Shown one piece after another: positions 8,468 through 18,166 of a stretch of DNA of 64,000 bases (within the stretch, counting starts at the first letter, position 1; every line of letters starts with the position of its first letter). The DNA lies in the NCBI GenBank assembly GCA_964355045.1, contig CAYHCM010000002.1, forward strand, positions 10,565 to 74,564, read 5' to 3'. The notes under the pieces were generated by a model, which made no database searches, had not been told where the DNA came from, and was given only the letters and a program-made list of their open reading frames with translations. Origin of the DNA: an uncultured Chitinophaga sp. (GTDB taxonomy: Bacteria; Bacteroidota; Bacteroidia; NS11-12g; UBA9320). Made by a program: the position numbers and the translations under genes.

Positions 8468-9679
8468 TTAGCTAAATGAGGTCATAAATTCATTGCCAGG
8501 TATTAATTTTATTATATTTTTATCAAACTGTAATGTGTCTTTTTGATTCTTGGTTATTATAAGTCCTTCTTCCAATTTAAAAAAACGCATGGCTTCCAAT
8601 AAGCCATTAATTTCACGGTCTTTATTATCGCTGTGGATTTCTTCACAAACCTGAATAAGCATTTTACACGTATCTTTTTCAAATACAACAAAATCACATT
8701 CCCCTTTTTCTCTGAAATAATAAAGTGAAAAAGGTTTTTTTCGCAAATAAAGATAAACTGCATTTTCGAGCAATCTTCCTTTATCCTTAGTAAAACTAAG
8801 TGAATTCGCATTTACCAAACCATTATCTATGGCATACACTTTTCTGGGATTGACGGTAATGTTTTTTGCCGACCAGCTAAATTTTGGTAAAAAAAATAAA
8901 ATATAGGTATCTTCTAACCATGAGAGATAAGTGGATATAGTATTGGCCGAACCTACAGAAAAAGTTTTCCTTAAACTGTTGTAGGTGCATTCTTTACCAA
9001 TATTTGAAATTAAATAAAGGGCAATATCCATTAAGGTTTTCGAATTCTTAATTCCATATCGCACAGCTATATCTCTAAACACAATATCCTTAAGCAGCAT
9101 TTGTAAAATTTCGAGATTATCATCTCTCAAAAACTCCGGAAACCCTCCGTTCTGTATATAAAATTCAAAATGGGTAGCTGAATTTTCTAATTTTTTAAAA
9201 TCAAGAAATTCGGTGTATGAAAATGGAAATAATTCATGGCGTATATGCCGGCCTGTGAGCCGGGTGCCTAATTCTTTGCTTAACAGCGATGCATTGGAGC
9301 CTGTAATAAAAACCTTTTCGCCTCTATCATGTAATTGCCTAATAAATATTTCCCAGGAATTTACGTTCTGTATTTCATCAAAAAAGTAGGCTTCAGTATT
9401 GTTACCAATTATTTCATCTAATTTTTGAAAATCACTTATTTCAAAATTATATACCCGTGCATCTTCAAAATTAAAGTAAGCTATACCACCCTGATAATGC
9501 TGCATCCACTGTTTCAAAAGCGTGCTTTTGCCGGACCTTCTTACACCTGAAATAACTTCGATATGTTTGCTTTTGGGTAGTATTTTATTTAAATACGATC
9601 GTTCAGTAAAAGCTTGAATTGTTTTTACATGAGCCTGCTGAATTGTATATGCATTCTCTATTTCTGATTTTAGTACCAT
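8468..9679 (-). CDS. AAA-type ATPase (predicted ATPase, AAA_14/DUF4143-like).
   Basis: Walker A 'GVRRSGKST' near the N-terminus; architecture like the COG1373 ATPases. Confidence 0.6.
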   Translation of the reverse strand: MVLKSEIENAYTIQQAHVKTIQAFTERSYLNKILPKSKHIEVISGVRRSGKSTLLKQWMQHYQGGIAYFNFEDARVYNFEISDFQKLDEIIGNNTEAYFFDEIQNVNSWEIFIRQLHDRGEKVFITGSNASLLSKELGTRLTGRHIRHELFPFSYTEFLDFKKLENSATHFEFYIQNGGFPEFLRDDNLEILQMLLKDIVFRDIAVRYGIKNSKTLMDIALYLISNIGKECTYNSLRKTFSVGSANTISTYLSWLEDTYILFFLPKFSWSAKNITVNPRKVYAIDNGLVNANSLSFTKDKGRLLENAVYLYLRKKPFSLYYFREKGECDFVVFEKDTCKMLIQVCEEIHSDNKDREINGLLEAMRFFKLEEGLIITKNQKDTLQFDKNIIKLIPGNEFMTSFS

Positions 9680-9850
9680 TCTGTTTTTGCATTAATCCTG
9701 ATGCAAAAATACAATAGTTTATATTACCAAAATACAAAAGTTTATTTTACTAAAATACAATAGTTTATATTGGCAATATAAACTATTGAGTTTTAGGTAT
9801 CTTTTTATCGTAATAAAATCTGAATAAATATTAGAAATCCGAAAATAGAA

Positions 9851-11344
9851 TCACTTGCTCACTCTGTCCAAACCCGCTTTGGCTCTTTGTTCCAGACTAT
9901 TTACATACTCTTTGTTTTTGTAATAGGTCAATGCTTTTTGATAATAAATTTTGGCATTGGTAGGGTCGTTCAGGCTTTCATAAATTGTTCCTATTTCAAT
10001 GCTTGAAGCCATGGCATAATAATGGGGAAGATTTTTTCCGGCGGTAATGGCTCTTAAAAAAAAAGAGATGGAAAGGTATGGTTTGTCCTGTTTTTGATAG
10101 ATGCGGGCAAGCCGGTAAATAAATTCTACCTGATCGCGTTTTTCAGAATAATTTTTGGTTGATTTACCTTCTAATTCTTTGTATGCTCGGTCGTAATATC
10201 CTCCGTCAAATAGCAATCGGGCTCGCAATAACGATATATTTGGAATATACTTGTTCGTTGCATTTCGTGAAGCTTGCTTATCCTCATCTGTAAACTCGAA
10301 ACCAATTTTCGATATTTTCAACATAAACAATTTGTAATTGACATAGTCGCCATTAATAAGATAAAACCAGGCCAACTTTTGGGCAGCACTTTTCAAGTAA
10401 TTTCGACCTTTGAAAGTGGTAATATAATTCAATAAATATTTATCGGCATCCTCATCCAGGCGGCTAAGTTTGCCTACTCCCATTAAATAATCCAAAAATT
10501 GAAACTCAATGTAGTCTGTTCCTGATGGGCGGTTGGTCAATATTTGAATAGCTTCCTCGTTTCGCCCGGTTTTAATAAGGAAAGATGAACGAAGATAGGT
10601 ACTGAAAAGATTGGTTTTATAATCCTGAGTACATTCATTTATTATTTCCCACCCGTTTTTTTCCTTGTGTAAAACCAGATGGTATAAGCCTCCCTGAAAA
10701 ATTTTGGCCTCTAACTTAAAATATTCTAATTCGGAGCCTACGGGAACTTTGGCATTGGCAAATTTCTCCACTTTTTTCATACCGTTCACTACAGATGCTT
10801 TTACGCCAAACATGGTTATAATCCATTTAAATGAACCCGGTACGGTGCCCGAAAATGTTTCAATAACCCCCATAATGGTATTGTTGGGTAAAAAGGCGGG
10901 ATATTTTACAGCATTATTTTTTAAGATTAAATACGAATCGCGAATATTAATTCCTGCCGAAAATAAATCATCAAATTTAGTTTGAGTTATTCCATAGTAA
11001 AAAAGCAATTGACCTCTGAACAACTGGGTATAGGCCGATTTCCCACCATACTTTTCTATTTTTTTTAGTTTATCAGGAATAGAAATTTTAAGTTTTTTAT
11101 AACTTTTGTCATCTTCATTAATAAAAACATTTACAATTTCACTTAACCCTTGCAGATAATAGGCAAATGCATTTTCCGGATTTTTTTCAAGTTCTTCTTT
11201 TAAGGCCTCATTTGCTTTGGGAAGTTTTAGATGAAAAATATCTTCAAAGGCCTGGCTGCTTTTTTTATTAAATTCAATTTTTGCATTAGCGTTAAATACC
11301 GCTAAGTTTAATAAGAGTATAAAACTGACTTTTAGGTTAAGCAT
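9851..11344 (-). CDS. Hypothetical secreted protein, helical/TPR-like.
   Basis: Signal peptide 'MLNLKVSFILLLNLAVFNANA'; no catalytic motif recognised. Confidence 0.4.
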   Translation of the reverse strand: MLNLKVSFILLLNLAVFNANAKIEFNKKSSQAFEDIFHLKLPKANEALKEELEKNPENAFAYYLQGLSEIVNVFINEDDKSYKKLKISIPDKLKKIEKYGGKSAYTQLFRGQLLFYYGITQTKFDDLFSAGINIRDSYLILKNNAVKYPAFLPNNTIMGVIETFSGTVPGSFKWIITMFGVKASVVNGMKKVEKFANAKVPVGSELEYFKLEAKIFQGGLYHLVLHKEKNGWEIINECTQDYKTNLFSTYLRSSFLIKTGRNEEAIQILTNRPSGTDYIEFQFLDYLMGVGKLSRLDEDADKYLLNYITTFKGRNYLKSAAQKLAWFYLINGDYVNYKLFMLKISKIGFEFTDEDKQASRNATNKYIPNISLLRARLLFDGGYYDRAYKELEGKSTKNYSEKRDQVEFIYRLARIYQKQDKPYLSISFFLRAITAGKNLPHYYAMASSIEIGTIYESLNDPTNAKIYYQKALTYYKNKEYVNSLEQRAKAGLDRVSK

Positions 11345-11402
11345 TCGTTAAATAAAAAAGGATTGGTTTCCCAATCCCTTTTTTATATAGATTTTAATAC
11401 AG

Positions 11403-12221
11403 TTATTCTTCATCTTCTTTTTTAGCTCCCAGGCGGCGGCGAAGCTTTGGTTTTTCTTCTTCCAACACCACTTCATCTTCAATTCCGGCAAGTTTTGCGT
11501 CAACCAACACACGTCCGCAATGTTCGCATATTACAATTTTTTTATACGATTTAATATCGGCTTCCAACTGAGGAGGCATTTTTGCAAAACACCCACCGCA
11601 TGATGAGCGTAAAATTGGTGCTACAGCAATTCCGTTTTTTACATTCAAACGAATTCGGTCGTATGCTTTAATCAATTTTTCTTCAACATGTTTTTCAACA
11701 TCTTCCCGCTCTACCAATATATGTGCTTCTTCTTTTTCGGTTTCGGCTACTATATCGGTTAACTCCGATTTTTTGTGTTCCAAATCAACAATTCGTCCTT
11801 CCAATCCTGCCTGAACACTTACTATCATTTCACTTTTTTCATCAATCTGACGGCCTGTGTCTGAAATTCTTTTTTCGGCGGCCAATATTTCCAGACCCTG
11901 CAATTCAATTTCTTTATTTAAAGCATCAAATTCACGGTTGTTTTTTACATTGTTAAGCTGATCGGTATATTTTTTTATTAAGGCTGTTGAATCTTTTATT
12001 TTTTCATTATTTACCTTAATTTTATCTTCTAATTCTTCTACCTCATTTGTAATATTGGTAATTCGGGTTTGTAATCCTGCAAGTTCATCCTCAAGGTCTG
12101 ATACTTCCATAGGGAGTTCGCCCCGCACGGCTCTAAGTTTATCTAACTTACTGTCGAGTGCCTGAACGTTAAATAGTGCTTTTAATTTGTCTTCTACTGA
12201 AAATGATTTTTGTACTGCCAT
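11403..12221 (-). CDS. Coiled-coil protein with a C-terminal C4 zinc-ribbon (COG1579-like), the conserved partner of Nif3.
   Basis: C-terminal 'CGGC…x…CEHCGR' zinc ribbon after a long coiled-coil; its start overlaps the stop of the upstream nif3 by 1 nt (translational coupling). Confidence 0.7.
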   Translation of the reverse strand: MAVQKSFSVEDKLKALFNVQALDSKLDKLRAVRGELPMEVSDLEDELAGLQTRITNITNEVEELEDKIKVNNEKIKDSTALIKKYTDQLNNVKNNREFDALNKEIELQGLEILAAEKRISDTGRQIDEKSEMIVSVQAGLEGRIVDLEHKKSELTDIVAETEKEEAHILVEREDVEKHVEEKLIKAYDRIRLNVKNGIAVAPILRSSCGGCFAKMPPQLEADIKSYKKIVICEHCGRVLVDAKLAGIEDEVVLEEEKPKLRRRLGAKKEDEE

Positions 12222-13321
12222 TAATAATAATAATTAACCGGATTGGTATTGGTTTCTGCCAAAACGGGTGCGAAATTAGGATTTTTTTTTCTAATTATTT
12301 CAATTATTAATTCGGATGTAAATTGTTCGGATTCGTAATGACCAATATCGCATATCATCACTTTTCGTTCGGCATCAAAAAATTCATGGTATTTAAAATC
12401 AGAAGTTATAAAAGCATCGGCCCCCGCTTGAATTGCTTTATTTAATAAAAAACTTCCGGAACCCCCGCAAATGGCTATTTTTTTTATGGGTTTTAAATAT
12501 GAGGTATATTTTATTACTGCAAGGTTCATGCTTTTCTTTAGCATTTTTAAAAACTCCGAAACTTCCATTGCCACATCCAGATCACCAATAATTCCTGAAC
12601 CTACTGTGTTCCATTCGTTTTCCAATAAATAAATATCATAGGCTACTTCCTCGTAAGGATGAGTTTTTGTTAACGCTTCAATTATTTTATTTTTTAAATA
12701 AACAGGAAAAATAGTCTCAATTTTTACCTCATTTTCAAAATGAAGATCCCCGCGTTTTCCTTTTACCGGATTGGTTTTTTCATTGCCTTTAAAAGTTCCC
12801 GTTCCTTCTGAATTAAATGAGCATGAATCATAATTTCCAATTTGTCCGGCACCGGCAATAAATAAGGAATTCCTTACCTCATCGGCATTTGCCAAAGGCA
12901 CAAAGGTGACGAGTTTGGCTAATTTGCCCGTTTTGGGTTCAAGAATTTTTAAATTTTTAAGACCTAATTTTTCAGCAATTTTAGAATTGACTCCTTTATT
13001 CAATACATTATCCAGATTGGTATGTATGGCATAAATAGCGATGTTATTTTGAATGGCTTTTATAATGGTTCTTTCCACATAATTGGTTCCGTTCAACCGT
13101 TTCAATCCATTAAACAGTATGGGATGATGGGCAATTACCAAATTGCAATTTTTTCGGATGGCTTCCTCAATTATTTCTTCGGTACAATCCAAACAAACCA
13201 AGGCATTGGTTACTTCCATTTCAGGTTGTCCGGTTAATAATCCGCTATTGTCGTAGTCTTCCTGAAACGATTTTGGAGCCACGGTTTCCAATTCGTCGGT
13301 TATATCACTAATTCGTATCAT
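12221..13321 (-). CDS. Nif3-family dinuclear metal-centre protein (GTP cyclohydrolase 1 type 2 homolog).
   Basis: N-terminal 'NSGLL…ALVCLDCTEEIIEEAI…LVIAHHPILF' typical of Nif3/YqfO; the 366-aa bipartite form. Confidence 0.8.
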   Translation of the reverse strand: MIRISDITDELETVAPKSFQEDYDNSGLLTGQPEMEVTNALVCLDCTEEIIEEAIRKNCNLVIAHHPILFNGLKRLNGTNYVERTIIKAIQNNIAIYAIHTNLDNVLNKGVNSKIAEKLGLKNLKILEPKTGKLAKLVTFVPLANADEVRNSLFIAGAGQIGNYDSCSFNSEGTGTFKGNEKTNPVKGKRGDLHFENEVKIETIFPVYLKNKIIEALTKTHPYEEVAYDIYLLENEWNTVGSGIIGDLDVAMEVSEFLKMLKKSMNLAVIKYTSYLKPIKKIAICGGSGSFLLNKAIQAGADAFITSDFKYHEFFDAERKVMICDIGHYESEQFTSELIIEIIRKKNPNFAPVLAETNTNPVNYYY

Positions 13322-13517
13322 TTGGGGTGAAAGGGCAAATATATTTATTAATTTTTAAAAGGAGGTTTCATTGCTTATACTTTGCAAGTTGATACATTTA
13401 AATATGCGATTATAAAAGATAACTTCTTACTCTTTTCAACCACAAGAATTTGGGGATTTTGAAACACTAATCAGACTTTACCTTTTGGTTGGCTTAATTT
13501 TATTATCATAGTGTCGT

Positions 13518-15269
13518 CTAAAGTTTAATAAGTTTTTTTCTGAATATATTACCTTCTGAATGTATCTCAAGAAAATAAATTCCTGATGTCTGATTCGAAA
13601 TATCAAAAGTGAGATAATTTCCTGAAGCACCTGTTTTTTCATAAATACTTTGGCCTGTTAAATTAAATATTTTAATATGGGTATTATTTACCGAATGATT
13701 AAATACAATTTCTGTTTCGCCATTTGACGGATTTGGAAAAATATCTATTTCCTGAAGATTTTTATTTTTAGATTTAAAAACAGTTAAAGTATTGGATTTG
13801 CATGCCGTATCAATTGCTAATAAAGGTGAGTTATCTTGATAAACCAATGGAATCATAACAAGATTTTGTTGAATAGTGAAAGTTAATACAGAGTCAATGA
13901 GCATATAAGTTGGACAATTAATAGCATTTCCTTTCATTTCGCAGGCTACAAGATTGGTGTCGGTTGTGGTACTTTTTACAATTATAGTTGAGGCTGTATT
14001 GCATTGAACAAATGGGTTTGTTTTTGAACTCATCGCCATAATCAGGCTATCATTTGTGATATTGTAAGTAGCTGCTGTTCCAAATTCTTCTCCCGGATCG
14101 GTAAATCCATATTTTATATAATCAGGAATGCCTCCTGCTGCCGAATCAACCGGAAAAACAAAGTATGGATATTTATAGCCTAAATAAAGCGTGTCATCCT
14201 GAAAACCTAAGGCCATTATTTCCGATGTTTTATGATTATAAAATAAATCAGTAAGTACTTCATTGCAACCTATATTATAAATGGTACCCCAACTTACCAC
14301 CAAACCCGTGTCGAGATGCATTATATAGGCATCGGTACAATTTGATAAAGAAGGATAATATACCATTCCTCCAACCGCGAATGAAGAGTTGACACCGGGT
14401 TTTTCATCCGTTAAAATGGGTGAAAGTGCCAAATCTTTATACCCAAATGCATTATAGCTATAATGTTTTAGCGGTGTGAGGAATTGTCCATTTTTGTCCA
14501 TTTCCACAAGTACTCCCCTTTTTAACGAATCTTTATTTACACAGCCAGAGATTACAAATCTCCCGGGCAATGTTTCCTTAATATCCAGAAAACTAAGGTC
14601 GCAACCGGGCGAGGAAACCTCCTTTTGCCAAATTATCTGTGCATTGACAGCGTCAATACAGGCAATTAATCCATTTCCTCCATTTGATATTTGCGAATTT
14701 CCAACTAGTATAAAATAGTTTGAACTCAGGGAATAATTTGAAACAATTCCTGTGGCTGTGCATTTGTCGCCTGAAACTGAATGAACTGACCAGTTACCTA
14801 AAACATTTCCATTAGAATCAAGTTTTAAAATCATCATTCCCTGGATAGTGTCACCGGTTACAATGTTTCCATTCCAGGCACCAACCCCTAGAACATAATC
14901 AGGTGATGTATTATTATTGGAATACTTTGCTATGAGTTCATTAATGGTTTTTGCGCTATCATTATAACCGAATACTTTTCGTGACCAAATAATGCTTCCA
15001 TCTAATTTTATTTTATAAACCAAAACTCCTCTGCCTGTTGATGGATATACATCTGAGGCTATTAAATAGGATCTATCATTTAATAATAGAATATCTTTTA
15101 AATATTCATTTTCACAAGTGGTGTAATAAAGCCCTTTGGCAAGGGGTTGAGAAAAAATCGTTGAAGAAATAAATAGTGAAAAAAGAAAAATAATAATTTT
15201 ACTAATAGATGGTTGTCTATTGAAAATTAAAACAATTTTGATTGGCCGTTTTATTTTCTTCATTTTCAT
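13518..15269 (-). CDS. Secreted protein with a C-terminal type-A T9SS sorting domain (Por_Secre_tail).
   Basis: C-terminus 'FPNPSNGETEIVF…IKIFNLTGQSIYEKT…SGIYFLEIHSEGNIFRKKLIKL' is a classic T9SS CTD; N-terminal signal peptide. Confidence 0.7.
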   Translation of the reverse strand: MKMKKIKRPIKIVLIFNRQPSISKIIIFLFSLFISSTIFSQPLAKGLYYTTCENEYLKDILLLNDRSYLIASDVYPSTGRGVLVYKIKLDGSIIWSRKVFGYNDSAKTINELIAKYSNNNTSPDYVLGVGAWNGNIVTGDTIQGMMILKLDSNGNVLGNWSVHSVSGDKCTATGIVSNYSLSSNYFILVGNSQISNGGNGLIACIDAVNAQIIWQKEVSSPGCDLSFLDIKETLPGRFVISGCVNKDSLKRGVLVEMDKNGQFLTPLKHYSYNAFGYKDLALSPILTDEKPGVNSSFAVGGMVYYPSLSNCTDAYIMHLDTGLVVSWGTIYNIGCNEVLTDLFYNHKTSEIMALGFQDDTLYLGYKYPYFVFPVDSAAGGIPDYIKYGFTDPGEEFGTAATYNITNDSLIMAMSSKTNPFVQCNTASTIIVKSTTTDTNLVACEMKGNAINCPTYMLIDSVLTFTIQQNLVMIPLVYQDNSPLLAIDTACKSNTLTVFKSKNKNLQEIDIFPNPSNGETEIVFNHSVNNTHIKIFNLTGQSIYEKTGASGNYLTFDISNQTSGIYFLEIHSEGNIFRKKLIKL

Positions 15270-15285
15270 TTTAAGCCATAGTAAA

Positions 15286-15744
15286 TTATTTTTCTGCTAT
15301 TGACTTAATATTAGAAAGTATTTGTCCCTGTATTTTAATCATCATTTTTTTCATCATGAGCATATTCATAATTTTTGCCATAAATGTGGCCGGGTCATAA
15401 TACGATTCGTTTATAATTTTAGTTTTACCATCATCCATTTTTTCAAGATAAAAACAAAAGCGAGGCTCTTTCAGCATTTTTTTCATTCCCATGGTATCAT
15501 TTTCTATGGCCCAAACTGTTTTCTGTTCATGCACAAGTTCAATCAGTTTTTCGGTCATTGTTCCTTTTCGGCCTTTGTTATCCATTTCACAGGTTCGCAG
15601 TTCACCTTGCTTATCCATACGGCCTGATGCGCTAATAACCCCAGGATTGATTTTGGGGAGAACGGTAATGTCGGTAATAATTGCCCAAACACTGCTGATA
15701 GGAGCGTTGATAATGGCTTCGTTTCTTGCTTGTAGTTTGCTCAT
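15286..15744 (-). CDS. SRPBCC (START/polyketide-cyclase-like) family protein.
   Basis: Length and 'INAPISSVWAIITDI…' N-terminal pattern typical of the Polyketide_cyc2/SRPBCC fold; weak. Confidence 0.45.
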   Translation of the reverse strand: MSKLQARNEAIINAPISSVWAIITDITVLPKINPGVISASGRMDKQGELRTCEMDNKGRKGTMTEKLIELVHEQKTVWAIENDTMGMKKMLKEPRFCFYLEKMDDGKTKIINESYYDPATFMAKIMNMLMMKKMMIKIQGQILSNIKSIAEK

Positions 15745-16034
15745 TTTCTGTTTTATTAAGTTTTAAATTGTCAAGTGATTGTGCAAAAATATTAATTTAT
15801 AGCAATTCTCAAATTAAATTAGCCAATATGCCATTTTAATTTTAGAATAATTAATGGCGATAGAGTAGCTGTTTAGTCCACATACATTTTAAATAATATT
15901 GAGCAAATACATTTATTGTATCCGTATAACCTGTAAAATAATTATTTGATCCAATGTATGTTTGTCTTCAGCCCCACAAGCTTGGGAGCTTGCAAATTTG
16001 TTGAGAAAAAATAAAAATGGACAAACCCTCATGG

Positions 16035-16690
16035 CTATGTTGAAATATAATGTGGTTTAATATTTTTTGCTGTTACAAATGCTGAATTTGAGGTCAGAAC
16101 GTATTCCAAATATTTAGTAATGTCTTTCCCATCGCTTCGCCTGATCCTGAACCAGTTCATATAATTTTGTAAATACCCGGAAGCTACGCCATTGAATTGT
16201 TTTATCCAATCTTTTAGCAAATGATTTATGTTGTTGATGTTTTGTATGTGATAAACTTTATCCTTCACATGTTGTCCTTTTGATGCGTTAATTTGAACGT
16301 GCTTCAATTTTTTATCTTTTGCAAATTTTTCATAGCTTCTATGGCTATCTGTACATAATACTGAAGCATTTTCCCCAACTCATTTACCGAGGCAGGTCTC
16401 AATCTGAGCGGTTGATATTCTGCCTCTACATGCTACCTCTACAATTGACTTTTTGTTACGGTCGGTTGAGACAAGAACTGCAACATGTTCGTCATTAATG
16501 AAAGCTTTTGAAGCTTTCCCAGCACGCTTACGAGATTCACGCCCTTGAATACTCCTACTTCCTTTTTCTGAGTACAAAAAAAAGGTTTCATCCCCTTCAA
16601 TAATGCCATCGAGTTTAGTACAGCCGATATCCTTAAAAGCCCCAAGAATCTTGTGTCTCCATAAGAATAGACCTCTTTCATAATTGAAAA
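16035..16690 (-). pseudogene. 5'-truncated, frameshifted IS1595-family (ISXO2-like) transposase remnant.
   Basis: Three reading-frame pieces: '…LDGIIEGDETFF', '…YSEKGSRSIQGRESRKRAGKA…IVEVACRGRISTAQIE' and '…HLLKDWIKQFNGVASGYLQNYMNWFRIR', which are ISXO2-like DDE-domain and C-terminal motifs. Confidence 0.55.
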
Positions 16691-17520
16691 TTATAAATAC
16701 CAGCGATTAAATTGAGTCTAAGCGAATATCGTTTTCTTCTATTGCGATATTTTTCAGGTAATATTCTAAATATTTTAATACATCTGATAATATTTTCCAC
16801 TAATACCCTACTGGAAGATATTCTATGATTTTCCTGTTTATCCTGCTTTGTTAGAGGGTTTTTCTTACTTCGCTTTTTAGGTATTTCAGTATTAGGGTGT
16901 ATTTTCTATTGACCTTGATAACCGGTATCAACCTGTGCTATTATTGTATGATGAATAACTGTTTGACTTTGCTTGAAAAGTCTAAAATCATGTCTTCGAC
17001 CAGCTGCCTGAGCAACACACAAAATTTTATTACTTTTGTTATCTACCACTATTTGACTTTTTATTGTGTGTCTCTTTTTCTTGCCTGAGTAATGTTTTCG
17101 TTGTTTTTTTTAGGCCGTTCTATTGGACTTTCAGCTACATCAACCAGCACTATCTCAAAAGAATTAGCCTCTTGCAAAACTTTTTTACCTGGCAAATGAA
17201 ACAACTTGCTTTTTATCAGAAGCCTTTCTAAATCTGTAATAATTCGCCAGCACTGAGCTTCACTAATGCCGTAATCTGCACTTATATGTAGAAAAGTTCT
17301 GTATTCTCTATAATACATAAGCATCATCAATAACTTATCTTCAACACTTAATTTTGGTTTAGGCCCCCTTCTATTACCCGCAATTTTATGCTATGAAGGT
17401 GGGCTTAACCTGATTATTTCTTCAATCATTTTACCGAAGGTATCCTTGTAAACCCCCACTAATCGCTTGAAAACGCCAGGTTTAAAGTCTTTTATTTCTT
17501 CCCATTTCATATGGAAAGTT
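16690..17520 (-). mobile_element. IS5-family DDE transposase gene, inactivated by at least two frameshifts or stops; it abuts or is inserted into the IS1595-like remnant.
   Basis: Re-translation gives 'MKWEEIKDFKPGVFKRLVGVYKDTFGKMIEEI…', then 'GPKPKLSVEDKLLMMLMYYREYRTFLHISADYGISEAQCWRII…LPGKKVL…LVDVAESPIERPKK', then '…KKRHTIKSQIVVDNKSNKILCVAQAAGRRHDFRLF…DTGYQG…', then '…ENIIRCIKIFRILPEKYRNRRKRYSLRLNLIAGIYNFQL*' across three frames. These are IS5-family N-terminal HTH, DDE and C-terminal signatures. Confidence 0.65.
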
Positions 17521-17614
17521 CAGATAATTCTATTCTAATCCTGATTTTACCCTTAAAAACTTATCCCAATATTAATGTGAATTACGAAAGAGGTCTAATG
17601 AAGGCACCAAGCTA

Positions 17615-17980
17615 ATGAGTAGTGTTTACAAATACAGACAAAGATTCAGTTATTATCCGGAAGTGGTATTGGCTGATAAAATTTATTGTAACAGAGATAA
17701 TCGCACCAAACTCAAGGCGCTAAACATAACCCTAAAGGCAAAACCTTTAGGCAGACCAAAGGCAGTGGTGGAAGAACACTTAAGACCGGGCGAACGAAAT
17801 CCAATAGAAGGTAAGTTTGGACAAGCTAAATCCGGATATGGAATGAATCGTATAAAACCAAGACTTCAGCAAACCAGCGAATCTTGCATAGCCACAATAA
17901 TATTGGTACTTAACCTGGTTAAATTAGCCGGGGAAGTACCCCTATGTCTGTTGAAATTGATGATAACTTATTCAGCATAG
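17615..17980 (+). mobile_element. C-terminal fragment of a third DDE transposase (IS4/IS1380-superfamily-like), opposite in orientation to the IS5-like element.
   Basis: '…NPIEGKFGQAKSGYGMNRIKPRLQQTSESCIATIILVLNLVKL' matches the conserved C-terminal 'IEGxFGxxKxxxGLxRIxxRL…NL' transposase motif; no N-terminal part is present. Confidence 0.5.
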
Positions 17981-18101
17981 GAGATAAAAAATAAAAATCA
18001 AAGGCTATTTGATATATTTGTTTGGTCAAAGCAGGAATTTTTACAACCAATAATTATTTGTACTTAACCAGCAGACCCTATTTAAATATTATCAAAGTGC
18101 T

Positions 18102-18139
18102 AAAAAACAAAATCCCGGAAGAATTTCTCCCGGGATTTT
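18102..18139 (-). terminator. Intrinsic terminator of the giant gene.
   Basis: Hairpin AAAATCCCGG-N11-CCGGGATTTT (18109-18139); on the minus strand it is followed by TGTTTTTTA; sits 28 nt after the stop at 18167. Confidence 0.65.
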
Positions 18140-18166
18140 GATTAGATTAAGTATAAACCTTTACGT

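Noticed and set aside
15322-15766. ORFs 15322-15627(+) and 15491-15766(+), His/Phe-rich translations.
   Set aside because: Antisense shadows of the SRPBCC-family gene at 15286-15744; low-complexity sequence.
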